NCBI GenBank assembly: GCA_052390235.1
Contig: JBQTHB010000007.1
Coordinates: forward strand, 1 to 64,000
From: Deltaproteobacteria bacterium
GTDB taxonomy: Bacteria; Desulfobacterota_D; UBA1144; Nemesobacterales; CSP1-2
Length of the DNA: 64,000 nt
Direction: 5' to 3'
Positions 48,466 to 58,569 of the stretch are shown here, one piece after another. The stretch's first letter is position 1; every line of letters begins with the position of its first letter. Under the pieces are notes generated by a model. That model saw only the letters and a list, made by a program, of their open reading frames with translations. It searched no databases and had not been told where the DNA came from. Made by a program: the position numbers and the translations under genes.

Positions 48466-49905
48466 ATGATAAAATTCAAAAACCGATTCCAGCCGATTCG
48501 TATGGCTATGCCTGTTGCCTCGATATTGTTCTTATTTATGGCTATGGCAGTTCCAGCGGAGGCTCAGGCGACCCCTGAGGATTCATACCAAGGCGCGCTT
48601 TTCGGCGCGGGGCAGATTTGTCCGAGGCTAAACGGCATTCCGATGTCGAGCCGCACCGTCGGCACGCAGGAATTAATTAATCGTTGCAACGAACTCGCTT
48701 CATCTCAGGACAGCCTAGCGCTTCGCCAAATCTCACCTGAGGAGATAGCCGCGCAAGGCACGAATTCCGTTGAATTCACTAGGGCGGCTATCGGGGCGCG
48801 CATTGCGGCACTCCGGCTTGGAGTGAAGGGAGTGGCTCTCAATATTGACGACCTGTCCCTGCCGAATGCCTCTGCGGTTGCTTTTAATTCAGACTCAGGC
48901 GCAGTTGCCGACGCCCGATTCGCAAATTCCCTCACGCTTGGACTCGTAAATCAAACCCTTTCTGAGGTGTCCGATTTGGGGAGACTCGGCGTGTTTCTCA
49001 ACGGGGAGTTTAATTTCGGCGATAAGGACGCGACCTCCAGAGAGTCCGGCTTTGATTTCAATAACTACGCCGCCACCGCAGGCCTCGACTACAGGTTCAG
49101 CGATAATTTCTTCCTCGGCGCCGCTCTCAGATTCGCCCGCACGGATATTGACAACGACGACACGGCGACAATTTCAGGCGGAAACACGGTTTTAGCCGAC
49201 GGCGGAGGGCTGGATATCAACTCCTACAGCGTCTCGATTTACGGGAGCTATTATCTGAGCAACTTCTACGTTGACGGCATCGCCACCGTGGGACTTCTCG
49301 ACTACGACATCGAGCGAAACATCAGCTACAACGTCGGCACGCCGGTTGCCGTAACCCCTGAGAGCGACACCGACGGCACGCAGCTCTCGTTCAGCCTCGG
49401 CGGGGGATATGATTTCAGCGTTGGCGCGCTGACCGCGGGGCCCCTAGTTCAGGCAAATTACACCCGCCTCGACATTGACGGCTACGGCGAGGACGATTTG
49501 ACGTGCCAGACAAACGACGCCGGAGGGGTAATTAATCCCGGATGCGGCTGGGCGCTTCGGTTCGAGAGCCAGGACGTTGACTCTCTAACCCTCGTCTCGG
49601 GCGGGCAGGCTTCGTACTCCCTCAGCACTCCTCTGGGGGTGTTTCTCCCGCAGGCGCGCTTTGAGTGGGTGCATGAGTTCCTGGACGACGCCAGAGACAT
49701 TACGGCGAGCTTCGTCAATGACCCCAACGGGCAGGATATTACAATCAGAACGGACAACCCCGACAGGGACTATTTCAACCTAGGCGGGGGAATCTCGGCG
49801 ACTCTCCCTTACGGAATCTCATCGTTTATCTACTATGAGACGGTTCTCGGATTGGAAAACATAACGGCTCACAGCATTGTAGGGGGAATTAGAATAGAGC
49901 TGTAG
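48466..49905 (+). CDS. Autotransporter beta-barrel protein with a short passenger
   Basis: Signal peptide; GLDYRFSDNFFLG, GGGYDF, PQARFEWVHEF, amphipathic terminal strand GGIRIEL. Confidence 0.88.
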   Translation: MIKFKNRFQPIRMAMPVASILFLFMAMAVPAEAQATPEDSYQGALFGAGQICPRLNGIPMSSRTVGTQELINRCNELASSQDSLALRQISPEEIAAQGTNSVEFTRAAIGARIAALRLGVKGVALNIDDLSLPNASAVAFNSDSGAVADARFANSLTLGLVNQTLSEVSDLGRLGVFLNGEFNFGDKDATSRESGFDFNNYAATAGLDYRFSDNFFLGAALRFARTDIDNDDTATISGGNTVLADGGGLDINSYSVSIYGSYYLSNFYVDGIATVGLLDYDIERNISYNVGTPVAVTPESDTDGTQLSFSLGGGYDFSVGALTAGPLVQANYTRLDIDGYGEDDLTCQTNDAGGVINPGCGWALRFESQDVDSLTLVSGGQASYSLSTPLGVFLPQARFEWVHEFLDDARDITASFVNDPNGQDITIRTDNPDRDYFNLGGGISATLPYGISSFIYYETVLGLENITAHSIVGGIRIEL

Positions 49906-49919
49906 CTAAGCGAGGATTT

Positions 49920-51971
49920 ATGCGACATGAGATTTTCTCCCGTACATTTTACCGCCTTAGCGGTTTGTTGATTATCTCGATATATGCCGCTTCTCTAGTT
50001 TTGCTCTTCGGGGAGGCTATTGCCTCGTCTCCCCAATCTTTGGACTCAGGGGGCGATGAATATTTAATTGTGGACTGCCTTCTGCCCGGCGCGGTTAGAA
50101 AATTGGGCAGGCAAATTACGTATCTCACACCCCGAAGACCGCTTAGAACCTCGGAGCGGGACTGCGAGATTAGGGGCGGAGAGTACGTATCATACGACAG
50201 GAGCGACTATAAAACGTCTCTTCGCGTGTGGCTCGAAGACGCCAAAAAAGGCGATGCCGCCGCTCAAACCTATGTCGGGGAAATCTATGAAAAGGGCTTA
50301 GGCACAGCCCCGGACTTTGCCCTTGCCGCCGAGTGGTATAAAAAAGCCGCCGACCAGGGCTACTCCCGCGCCCGAATTAACCTTGGGCATCTGTATGAAA
50401 AGGGGTTGGGAACTGCCCAAGACCTCTCAAAAGCATTAGCCCTTTACGGTGAGGCGTCCGACTTTGATGCGCCTGTTGTTGTCGCCGCCCTTCCAGCAGA
50501 ATCCGTAGCCCCCGCTCCGCCGCCTGCCGCAAGCTCCGCCGAAGAGGACAGGCTCAGGGAAGAGGTCTCGCTTCTCAGGCAGCAGCTTGAGCAAACCCGC
50601 AGAGAGCTTGAGCAAAGTCAAAAGCAACTCGAAGCCCGAAAATCCGAGGCCGAATCCTCGCGCCGGGAGCTGGAGAGAACCCTCGAAGAGCTGGAAAAGC
50701 AAAAGGACAAAGCCCGGACATCCCGTAACGAGGACGAGGTTCGGAGGCTAGAGCAAAAACTCGGTGAAACGGGCGCGCAGCTCGCTAAGCGCGACGAAGA
50801 GATAAAGGCTCTCGCCGCGGAGACCGAGAAATACCGCGTACGTCTTGCTGGCATGGACAGCGATAAAAAGCTGTTGCAGGCGACAGTGCCCCCAGGGCCC
50901 AAGATTGAGATGATTGACCCGCCCATGCCGCTTACTCGCGGCATCGCCCCAATAGTCAAAACCAAGCCCGGAGTCGAGCGCGTTATCGTGGGCAAAATCA
51001 CAGCCCCCGCTGGACTGCACACTTTTATGTTTAACAATAGGGAGGAGAAAATTGACCAGAACGGGATGTTTCGCCTTACAGCTTCTATTGAGCGCGCCCG
51101 CGTGCCGGTGAAGCTCGTGGCGATTGACAAGACCGGAAGCCGCGCCGCCCTCGAATTTTGGCTCATGCCGGAGGTTGAAAACGGCGTCGCAGACTCCGAC
51201 TCAGTTGTAAAACCGTCTCCCGCGCTCGACTTCGGCGATTATTACGCCCTTATTATCGGGAACACGGAATATATCTATTGGCCCGGTCTGGAAACCCCAA
51301 AAAACGATGCTGTTAAAGTAGCCGCCATTCTAAGGGATAAATATGGATTTAAGACCCAGGCGCTTCTCAACGCCACGCGCCGCGACATTCTTCAGGCTCT
51401 AAACGAACACCGCAAAAAACTCACCGAGAGGGATAATCTCCTGATTTATTTCGCAGGGCATGGCTACTTGGACGAGAAAATAGGGCGCGGGTACTGGATT
51501 CCCGTTGACGGCGAGCGCGATAGCCCCGTGCAGTGGATTTCCACATCAATTATCGCGGATTTCTTAGGCTCGATGTCGGCAAAGCACGTTCTAGTCGTAG
51601 CCGATTCGTGTTACTCCGGCGCGCTGACCCGCTCGTCAATAGCCCAAATCGAACCCGGACTATCCGAGGAGGCTAAACGCGATATTCTGCTTCGCATATC
51701 GAAAACTCGCTCCCGCACCGTTCTGTCGTCCGGCGATCTGCGCCCGGTATTAGATGGCGGCGGGGGGGAGCATTCCATTTTTGCCAAAGCCTTTCTGGAG
51801 GTTCTAAGGGGCAACGGCTCTGTTCTCGAAGGGCAGAGGCTCCACGCCTCGGTTTCTACCCGCGTTGCGCGCGCCGCCGATGCTCTGAGTGTTGATCAGG
51901 AGCCTCAGTACGCTCCAATAAAATACGCGGGGCATGAGTCTGGGGATTTTCTCTTCGTGCCAAAACGCTGA
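49920..51971 (+). CDS. Sel1-repeat / coiled-coil / caspase-family (peptidase C14) protein
   Basis: Hydrophobic N-terminus; AQTYVGEIYEKGLG Sel1 repeats; YALIIGN, YFAGHG, ADSCYSG dyad. Confidence 0.92.
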   Translation: MRHEIFSRTFYRLSGLLIISIYAASLVLLFGEAIASSPQSLDSGGDEYLIVDCLLPGAVRKLGRQITYLTPRRPLRTSERDCEIRGGEYVSYDRSDYKTSLRVWLEDAKKGDAAAQTYVGEIYEKGLGTAPDFALAAEWYKKAADQGYSRARINLGHLYEKGLGTAQDLSKALALYGEASDFDAPVVVAALPAESVAPAPPPAASSAEEDRLREEVSLLRQQLEQTRRELEQSQKQLEARKSEAESSRRELERTLEELEKQKDKARTSRNEDEVRRLEQKLGETGAQLAKRDEEIKALAAETEKYRVRLAGMDSDKKLLQATVPPGPKIEMIDPPMPLTRGIAPIVKTKPGVERVIVGKITAPAGLHTFMFNNREEKIDQNGMFRLTASIERARVPVKLVAIDKTGSRAALEFWLMPEVENGVADSDSVVKPSPALDFGDYYALIIGNTEYIYWPGLETPKNDAVKVAAILRDKYGFKTQALLNATRRDILQALNEHRKKLTERDNLLIYFAGHGYLDEKIGRGYWIPVDGERDSPVQWISTSIIADFLGSMSAKHVLVVADSCYSGALTRSSIAQIEPGLSEEAKRDILLRISKTRSRTVLSSGDLRPVLDGGGGEHSIFAKAFLEVLRGNGSVLEGQRLHASVSTRVARAADALSVDQEPQYAPIKYAGHESGDFLFVPKR

Positions 51972-52007
51972 AATCTTATACTTTCCGGTACCCGGCCATT
52001 ACGGTTG

Positions 52008-54356
52008 TCAGAGGGATTTCGCTTTGGGTTCTGCGGAGGCGCAAAAATCCGAGAGTATTCTCAAATTGCGCTCGACAAGCTCGGCGACTTCGGGGAAATC
52101 TCTTTTGGTGAACACCCTAAGGGCTTGTTCGTAGGCGCGGATGGCTTTTTTGCAGTTCTCGGCTTTGTTGTCAATTTGAGCCAGCGTGCTGTAGGCTGTG
52201 CCTAGGTTGTTTTGGGTTTTTGCGTACTGCATGGGGAATTTCTCGATGCTATAGACGGCGGCGGCTTTCTCGTAAGCGCCGATGGCATTTTTGCAGTTAG
52301 AAGTGTTGTTTTCGCTCTCGGCGAGGGTTCTGTAGGCGACTCCGATGTTATTCTGAGTGGCGGCGTATTCGAGAGGGGACTTCTCTAGGGTTCTCACCCT
52401 AAGCGCCTGCTCGTAGGCTCGGATGGCTTTTTTGCAGTTTTCGGCTTGGTTTTCCACCTCTGAGAGGGTTTTATAAGCCATCCCCAGGTTGTTTTGCGTG
52501 GCGGCGTATTCCATGGGAAAATTTTCGAGAGCGCAGACCTTGAGGGTTTCCTCGTAAGAGCGGATGGCGTTTTTGCTATTTGTAGCTTTATCTTCGCTCT
52601 CGGCAAGGGTTCTGTAGATTATCCCCAAATCGTTGTGGGCGGCGGCGAATTCCATTGGGAAATCCCTCTGATGATAGACCGCAAGCGCTTCCAGATGGGA
52701 TTTGATAGCCAATTTATAGTTATCCGACCTGTTTTCGTAACGAGCTAAATTAGAATAGAGAATTCCGAGACTGCTCTTGGCGAGGGCGTATTCCACGCTG
52801 AAACTATCCCGCTTATAGACGCGCAGAGCCTCGTTCCAAGCCGATATTGCCGACTTTAAATTGTCCAGGCTATCTTCGCTCTCGGCTATCGCGCTTCGAG
52901 TCTCAGCGATGTTTCTGTGAGTGGTTGCGTATTGAAGATGCTCTGCGGCGAGGGTTCTGACGGCAAGGGCTTTGCTAAGGTATGCGATGGAGCTATTGAG
53001 TCCCTGCGCGCGCGCTTCGGATTCTTCGGCGTACAGGGCATAGGCTACGCCCAGGTTATTGCACACGACTCCGTGCTGCAATGGAAAGGATGAAACCGAA
53101 TACGCTTCGAGGGCTTTTGCGAGGTGTCGGCGGGCGTTTTGGCTATTTTGCGATGCGTCCTCTCCCTCTTCGGCAAGGAGGATGTGCGAGTTGCCCATGG
53201 CGTTTTGAATTGAGCCGTGGAGAGCCGGTTGTTTATTATCCCCGGCTAGGCACTGCGCGCCGCTCTGGGCGTGCTGCAGCGCTTTAATGAGGTTCTCACG
53301 CCTGTTTTCGGCGTTTGATAGGGACATATAGGCGGCGGCGAGGTTTGCATGGGCTTTGGCGCAGATGTCCGGCTCGCTTGCGGCGGTTTTTATTTTGATG
53401 GCTTCTTCGAGGGCGAGAATAGCTTTTTTTGAGGTTGCCGCCGTGTTCCATCCCTCGGCGAGGGCGGCGAGCGCGCCTCCTAGGTTAACTAAAACCCTCG
53501 CCCTCTTAGAATCCGCAGGCAGGGCGCTTAGCGCTTCCTCGAGATGCTCTACGGCTTTTCGGCGGTTTTTTATACTGTCCTCAACGTGCGCGAGCCTGAA
53601 ATAGGCTATGGCTAAGCTGTTGCGCGCTGACGCATGGCGGCTGCCGGCGTCACTCCCCCTTAGGACTTCTTCGTAGATGGAGATGGCTTTTTTTATGTAT
53701 CCTGCGCCGTCCCTGCCCGCCGACATTTTTAAATATATATCCCCTAGAACTCTCCTCCTTGCGGCCGGCGCGAGGGTTTTTTCACTTTTTACGGTGGTTG
53801 GCGCGGCGCTCAGCGCTGGGGCTTTTCGGGACAGAGCGCTCTGGATCTCCCTCTCGATTTTAGCGGCGTGAGAGTGCGCCGAGATTAACTGCGCGCTCAG
53901 GTCAAGTGTTACTAGCACTGCGCCGTCGTTTTTGAGCAGTTCCATAAAGTGTATCTCGTCCCTGCTTTTGGGTAGCTCCTGCGGGGCTTTAGCGGCGGCG
54001 GGAGCGGCGAAAATATTGGCGTCCGAAGGGGGTTTGCTACTACCGGCGGCTGAGTGGGGAGCGCGGTTAATCTGGACCGCTATAATATGCGCCCCTCTGC
54101 CCTTGAGAAATCCATACTGATAAAACGCTTCCGGCCCAAACTCCTCGCAAATCAGGGCGGCCACTCCCCCGTAAGCGGCTGGAAATCCATCCAAAAATCG
54201 CGCTCTGCTAGAATCCTCGTATGGGTAGAGGGCAATCTGAATCCCCTTTTGCCCCAGCGACTCCTGAAGGGACTTCACTATGCCCTCAATTTGCTTTTGG
54301 TTTCGATAAACTACTGCGCCGCCTGAATTTGCGTCATGTCCGCTCGCCCCTGTCAT
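52008..54356 (-). CDS. TPR protein with 47-aa repeats
   Basis: Repeats like FPMEYAATQNNLGMAYKTL...NCKKAIRAYEQALRV; near-identical DNA copies at 52129 and 52411 (282 bp apart). Confidence 0.9.
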   Translation of the reverse strand: MTGASGHDANSGGAVVYRNQKQIEGIVKSLQESLGQKGIQIALYPYEDSSRARFLDGFPAAYGGVAALICEEFGPEAFYQYGFLKGRGAHIIAVQINRAPHSAAGSSKPPSDANIFAAPAAAKAPQELPKSRDEIHFMELLKNDGAVLVTLDLSAQLISAHSHAAKIEREIQSALSRKAPALSAAPTTVKSEKTLAPAARRRVLGDIYLKMSAGRDGAGYIKKAISIYEEVLRGSDAGSRHASARNSLAIAYFRLAHVEDSIKNRRKAVEHLEEALSALPADSKRARVLVNLGGALAALAEGWNTAATSKKAILALEEAIKIKTAASEPDICAKAHANLAAAYMSLSNAENRRENLIKALQHAQSGAQCLAGDNKQPALHGSIQNAMGNSHILLAEEGEDASQNSQNARRHLAKALEAYSVSSFPLQHGVVCNNLGVAYALYAEESEARAQGLNSSIAYLSKALAVRTLAAEHLQYATTHRNIAETRSAIAESEDSLDNLKSAISAWNEALRVYKRDSFSVEYALAKSSLGILYSNLARYENRSDNYKLAIKSHLEALAVYHQRDFPMEFAAAHNDLGIIYRTLAESEDKATNSKNAIRSYEETLKVCALENFPMEYAATQNNLGMAYKTLSEVENQAENCKKAIRAYEQALRVRTLEKSPLEYAATQNNIGVAYRTLAESENNTSNCKNAIGAYEKAAAVYSIEKFPMQYAKTQNNLGTAYSTLAQIDNKAENCKKAIRAYEQALRVFTKRDFPEVAELVERNLRILSDFCASAEPKAKSL

Positions 54357-54376
54357 TACCGCCTCCTTTATGAGAG

Positions 54377-54730
54377 CTAATCTGCCTTGGGTTTTTCAAT
54401 GGCTTTGAGCGCCAAGAGGGCTTTGTCGGCGCTCTCGTGGACGAGCCTTAGGGCTTCTTCCGCTTCTTTAATTTTATCCTCGATTTTCTCTATCTCCACG
54501 CACTTTGCCCTGACGCTGTCGGCTTCAAAGGTTTTGGTGTGCTTAAATGTCCTATAGACCGACTTGCCAAGCTCGTTAACGGCTCTCGTTCTCTGCCCCC
54601 GAAGCGTCTGAATCTGGTTCTTAGCTTTGACGGTCTCAAAGACCTCTTTCGAGCGCACGTTTACGATTTTGATTCCCATTCCGAGGCTCTGTTTAATTTT
54701 AGTTAAAAAATCCGTCTCGTTTGAAGACAT
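54377..54730 (-). CDS. Hypothetical coiled-coil protein
   Basis: RBS AAGGAG; helical, ELGKSVY motif. Confidence 0.7.
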   Translation of the reverse strand: MSSNETDFLTKIKQSLGMGIKIVNVRSKEVFETVKAKNQIQTLRGQRTRAVNELGKSVYRTFKHTKTFEADSVRAKCVEIEKIEDKIKEAEEALRLVHESADKALLALKAIEKPKAD

Positions 54731-54777
54731 GAGTAATTTCTCCTTAAAAGTATCTATCGTTTTTTGTGAAATTGGCG

Positions 54778-55152
54778 CTAACCGGAAATTTTATCAATCA
54801 TCGCGTTGATTTCTCTTTGCTGAATTGCGTCGGTAACTATGGTCAGTCCAAAAATTGAGAGCAGAACGCTGATAATGGCAAGGTCGGAATTCCTGGGGAT
54901 GCCGAGCTTATCCTGCAGAGATGCGATTTCGCGCCCCACGACGTATTCATGATAAATATGATAAATGCCAAATGTGATAATTGTCAGAAAAAGCCACCAG
55001 GGGAATGAGAATTTCTTCTCGCCGGCAAGGAGGTTTACGAATTTCATCTGCCGGTACTGCCAGTAGAGGTTGAATATCCCCAGCGTGATTATCGTGAGGA
55101 TTATGTACTTTGCGATTCCCGCTCGAAATTCCAAAAGCTCTGGTTTATCCAT
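54778..55152 (-). CDS. DUF4234-like membrane protein
   Basis: Duplicated LTIITLGIF / LTIITFGIY; IQQREIN. Confidence 0.8.
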   Translation of the reverse strand: MDKPELLEFRAGIAKYIILTIITLGIFNLYWQYRQMKFVNLLAGEKKFSFPWWLFLTIITFGIYHIYHEYVVGREIASLQDKLGIPRNSDLAIISVLLSIFGLTIVTDAIQQREINAMIDKISG

Positions 55153-55169
55153 AAAATTCTGCCTACTCT

Positions 55170-56918
55170 CTACCTGTAGAGATTCGTAATTGGAAAGCGG
55201 CGGTCTTTGCCGAACGAGCGCGCCGTGATTTTCACCCCCGGGGGGGCTTGGCGGCGTTTATACTCATTTAAATCAACCATTTTAATAATACGCCTCGCCA
55301 GAGCCTCATCAAACCCCATGGCGGTGATTTCCCCAAGACTGAGGTCGTCCTCGACATAGGCTCTGAGTATCGAGTCGAGGATGTCATAGGGCGGAAGGGA
55401 GTCGGTGTCCCGTTGATTCTCCCGAAGCTCGGCTGACGGGGCTTTTTCGATAACCGCTCTGGGGATGACGTCCCATCCCCTGCGGGCGTTGTAGAACGCC
55501 GACAGGCGATAGACCAGAGCCTTCCATACGTCTTTGATGACGGCAAACCCCCCTGCCATATCCCCGTATAGGGTGCAATACCCCACGCTCGTCTCGCTCT
55601 TATTGCCGGTCGTAAGCACGAGCCATCCGAATTTATTTGAAGCCGCCATGAGTATGTTTCCCCTTACTCTAGCTTGGAGGTTTTCCTCGGCGGCGTCCTC
55701 GGCTCTGCCCTCGAAGGTCGGGCGGAGCATCTCGATGTACTCTCTGAATGCAGGCTCTATCGGAATTGAGATAAGCTCTATGCCCAAATTTGCCGCAAGC
55801 GCGCGCGCGTCCGTTACGCTCCCCTCAGATGAGAACCGCGACGGCATCGAGACCCCGATGACGTTCTCACTGCCTAGGGCCTCAACCGCTACAGCCGCTA
55901 CGAGCGATGAATCAATCCCTCCGCTAATACCTATGACGGCTTTGCTGAATCCGTTTTTGCCTACGTAATCCCTCACTCCGAGAACTAGGGCGGAGAATAT
56001 CTCTCCCTCTTCGGTTTGGGAAAATGGAGTGAGCGAGGGGGCGATGATGGGGACTTTCCCCGCCTCTGCCTTTGATTTATAGCTCTCCTCGAGGGTGATT
56101 ATCTCGGGCTTTAACCCCTTTAGCTCAAGCTCAAATTTTTCCTTCCGGCGGCGCGGGTCGTGGAGTCTCGTCCTAAAGATGCGGCTTATGTTTATATCCG
56201 AGAGCAGGAGGGTCTCTGTGAATCCGGCGGCGCGGGAGTAGGTCTGGCCGTTTTCCGCTATAACGGCGCTGTGCCCGTCAAATACAAGCTCGTCCTGGCC
56301 GCCGGTGAGGTTGCAAAAAGCTATTACGACGGAATAATCGGACGCTCTCGAGGCGAGCATTCTCTCCCTCGACGGGGCCTTCGAGGCGTGATAGGGCGAG
56401 GATGAGATGTTTATTATGAGCCGAGCGTCGGCAAGGGTCGCCTGCACGCGAGTCGGGTCTCCGGGATACCAAATATCCTCGCAGATGTTCACGCCGAAGG
56501 TCAACTCGCCGAGTCTATACACCGGGGCGCGCACTCCCGCCTGAAAGTACCGGTTCTCATCGAACACCCCGTAGTTTGGCAGATAGCGCTTGTGGTAGAT
56601 GTCTGCAATGCTGCCATTATGAATGACGGCGGCGGCGTTATAGATGTCCTCTCGCCTGTCGGCGAACCCTACGATGACGGTTATGCCGAGGGCGCGTTCT
56701 GTGATTTTATCTAGGGCTTTGAGGTTGTCATCAATGAAGCTCGGCTTAAGGAGCAGATCTTCTGGGGGATAACCCGTTATCGCCAGCTCTGGGAAGCACA
56801 GAATATCCACTCCGAGGGATTTCGCCTCTTCGATGCGGGCGAGAATCTTTGCGAGATTTCCCTGCAAATCCCCTACGGAGGCGTTAATTTGAGCTAAACC
56901 CAGCCGGACGGTTTCCAT
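55170..56918 (-). CDS. nadE: Glutamine-dependent NAD+ synthetase
   Basis: Nitrilase domain (FPEL, LPNYGVFDE, ICEDIW) plus SGGIDS, TGNKSE, PSAEL. Confidence 0.98.
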   Translation of the reverse strand: METVRLGLAQINASVGDLQGNLAKILARIEEAKSLGVDILCFPELAITGYPPEDLLLKPSFIDDNLKALDKITERALGITVIVGFADRREDIYNAAAVIHNGSIADIYHKRYLPNYGVFDENRYFQAGVRAPVYRLGELTFGVNICEDIWYPGDPTRVQATLADARLIINISSSPYHASKAPSRERMLASRASDYSVVIAFCNLTGGQDELVFDGHSAVIAENGQTYSRAAGFTETLLLSDINISRIFRTRLHDPRRRKEKFELELKGLKPEIITLEESYKSKAEAGKVPIIAPSLTPFSQTEEGEIFSALVLGVRDYVGKNGFSKAVIGISGGIDSSLVAAVAVEALGSENVIGVSMPSRFSSEGSVTDARALAANLGIELISIPIEPAFREYIEMLRPTFEGRAEDAAEENLQARVRGNILMAASNKFGWLVLTTGNKSETSVGYCTLYGDMAGGFAVIKDVWKALVYRLSAFYNARRGWDVIPRAVIEKAPSAELRENQRDTDSLPPYDILDSILRAYVEDDLSLGEITAMGFDEALARRIIKMVDLNEYKRRQAPPGVKITARSFGKDRRFPITNLYR

Positions 56919-57026
56919 TGCCTGTTATTATAATTGTAAATTTGCAAATAAATAAGCCTGCGCAGGTCAACTCGATTTCCCCTATCTGCTCGGCTCAAAA
57001 GGGGTAGCGAGAAATCTCGAATCCCC

Positions 57027-57620
57027 TCAAAGCCCGCCCGTTGCCGTATAGACCACATTTGCCGCGAAATGAAATATGATATTTGACCAAAGGGTTTTCG
57101 TATATGCGTACATATAACCCATAACCAGAGAGGGGAAAAAGGTTAGGGCGGCTTCGGCAATGCCCCCTCCTGCGCACGCGGCGGCGATGCACCTGGAAGC
57201 GATATGGGCGAGGGCAAAGAGCAGGCTCACGGCGGCGACGCATTTTAAGCTATCGCCGAATTTCTCCTGAAGATACCCTCTAAAAAAAACCTCCTCTGGA
57301 AATGAGACCAGAAGCAGATGGGTCAAGATGAGCGAAAGGGACACCCTCTCGAGGTTTATGGGTTTTCCCACGGCGATAACATAAACCGCTAAAATTGCCG
57401 CCGAAGCCGCCGCCCCTATGATAATCCCTCTCAAATCCCAGCGCAACCCTCGAATATCGCTATTCATTGCCACGGGCGTGAGCAGAAGCACGGCTGAGGT
57501 AGCCGGAAAAACATAAGCGGGCGGAAGGGCGAACTTCGCCGCTACGATAGCCCCGACTGCGGCAACATAGGCAACCATAGGAAGAAGGAATCGCTCTTTA
57601 GGGCTTTGGTTAGAAGTCAT
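57027..57620 (-). CDS. CPBP (Abi/CAAX) intramembrane glutamic protease
   Basis: PEEVFFRG, FALAH, IIFHFAAN. Confidence 0.9.
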   Translation of the reverse strand: MTSNQSPKERFLLPMVAYVAAVGAIVAAKFALPPAYVFPATSAVLLLTPVAMNSDIRGLRWDLRGIIIGAAASAAILAVYVIAVGKPINLERVSLSLILTHLLLVSFPEEVFFRGYLQEKFGDSLKCVAAVSLLFALAHIASRCIAAACAGGGIAEAALTFFPSLVMGYMYAYTKTLWSNIIFHFAANVVYTATGGL

Positions 57621-57786
57621 TGTGAAACCATGCGATTTGCGCTAGGCGCTGTGAAGACTTCGCGGGGGTTGCGTTCTGTGCCATAGGCTAGGGGTAAAAT
57701 ACACACCTGCCTCGAAGAGGTCAATTATCCGGCGGGAGATTGTCCCGGAGAGAGAGTGTGTGGGGGGGAGGCGATGCCCCGCGGCG

Positions 57787-58569
57787 CTAGAAGAATATGA
57801 GGAAAAATTTCGTGAGCAGGAAATCCCCTATAACTATAAGCACAAGCGATACCACTACGGTGAGGGTCGTCGCCTTTCCCACGCCCTGAGTGCCGCCTTC
57901 GGTTCTCATCCCTATGTAGCACCCAACGATGGCGACGATAACCCCAAAAAACGCCGTTTTCAGGATGCCGCTAATGAGGTCTGGGACGAGAATCCAGCCT
58001 ATGATGCTCGATATGAAAAGCCGAGGCGTGATGCCAAGCTCTAGGTTTGATATTATCATCGCCCCTAGGATTCCGGCTAAGTCCGCGATAATTGCGAGAA
58101 GCGGAAACGAAATCAAAGCGGCGACAAATCTCGGCAATACGAGCTTTTCTATCGGGTCTGCCCCTAGGGTTCTCATCGCATCAATCTGCTCGGTAACCTT
58201 CATCGAGCCGATTTCGGCTGTTATCCCCGCGCCCACTCGCCCTCCTACGAGTAGAGACGTAAGCACGGGCCCTAGCTCTCTTATGAAAGCAAGCGACACC
58301 ACCGAGCCTACTAGGCTCTTCGCCCCGAACCGTCCGAACCCGTAGGCGAGCTGTACCACCATGACCATCCCTATAGCCGTGGCCGAGAGCAGAACTATCG
58401 GGATGGATTTATAGCCGATTTCGACTATTTGGTCCATGATGAGCCTGAAGTTTTTAAACGGATGGGTGAAGCACAGATACAGGGTCTTATACAGTAGGAC
58501 TCCTACCTCTCCCAAACACTCGACCGCCGATATGATGAATGTCCCAAGGCGCGCTATGAAGTCCTTCAT
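57787..58569 (-). CDS. mlaE: MlaE-family ABC permease
   Basis: RELGPVLT, GRVGAGITAEIGSMKVTEQIDA, GVGKATT. Confidence 0.93.
   Translation of the reverse strand: MKDFIARLGTFIISAVECLGEVGVLLYKTLYLCFTHPFKNFRLIMDQIVEIGYKSIPIVLLSATAIGMVMVVQLAYGFGRFGAKSLVGSVVSLAFIRELGPVLTSLLVGGRVGAGITAEIGSMKVTEQIDAMRTLGADPIEKLVLPRFVAALISFPLLAIIADLAGILGAMIISNLELGITPRLFISSIIGWILVPDLISGILKTAFFGVIVAIVGCYIGMRTEGGTQGVGKATTLTVVVSLVLIVIGDFLLTKFFLIFF

Noticed and set aside
52008..52800. Regularly spaced DNA repeats as a possible CRISPR array or DGR template
   Set aside because: The 141-bp period is in frame and matches the 47-aa TPR unit; no unique spacers, cas genes or reverse transcriptase.
57620..57787. Possible structured ncRNA or riboswitch in this and other longer intergenic gaps (28000-28119, 33657-33843)
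   Set aside because: No recognisable riboswitch consensus by eye; a covariance-model search would be needed.
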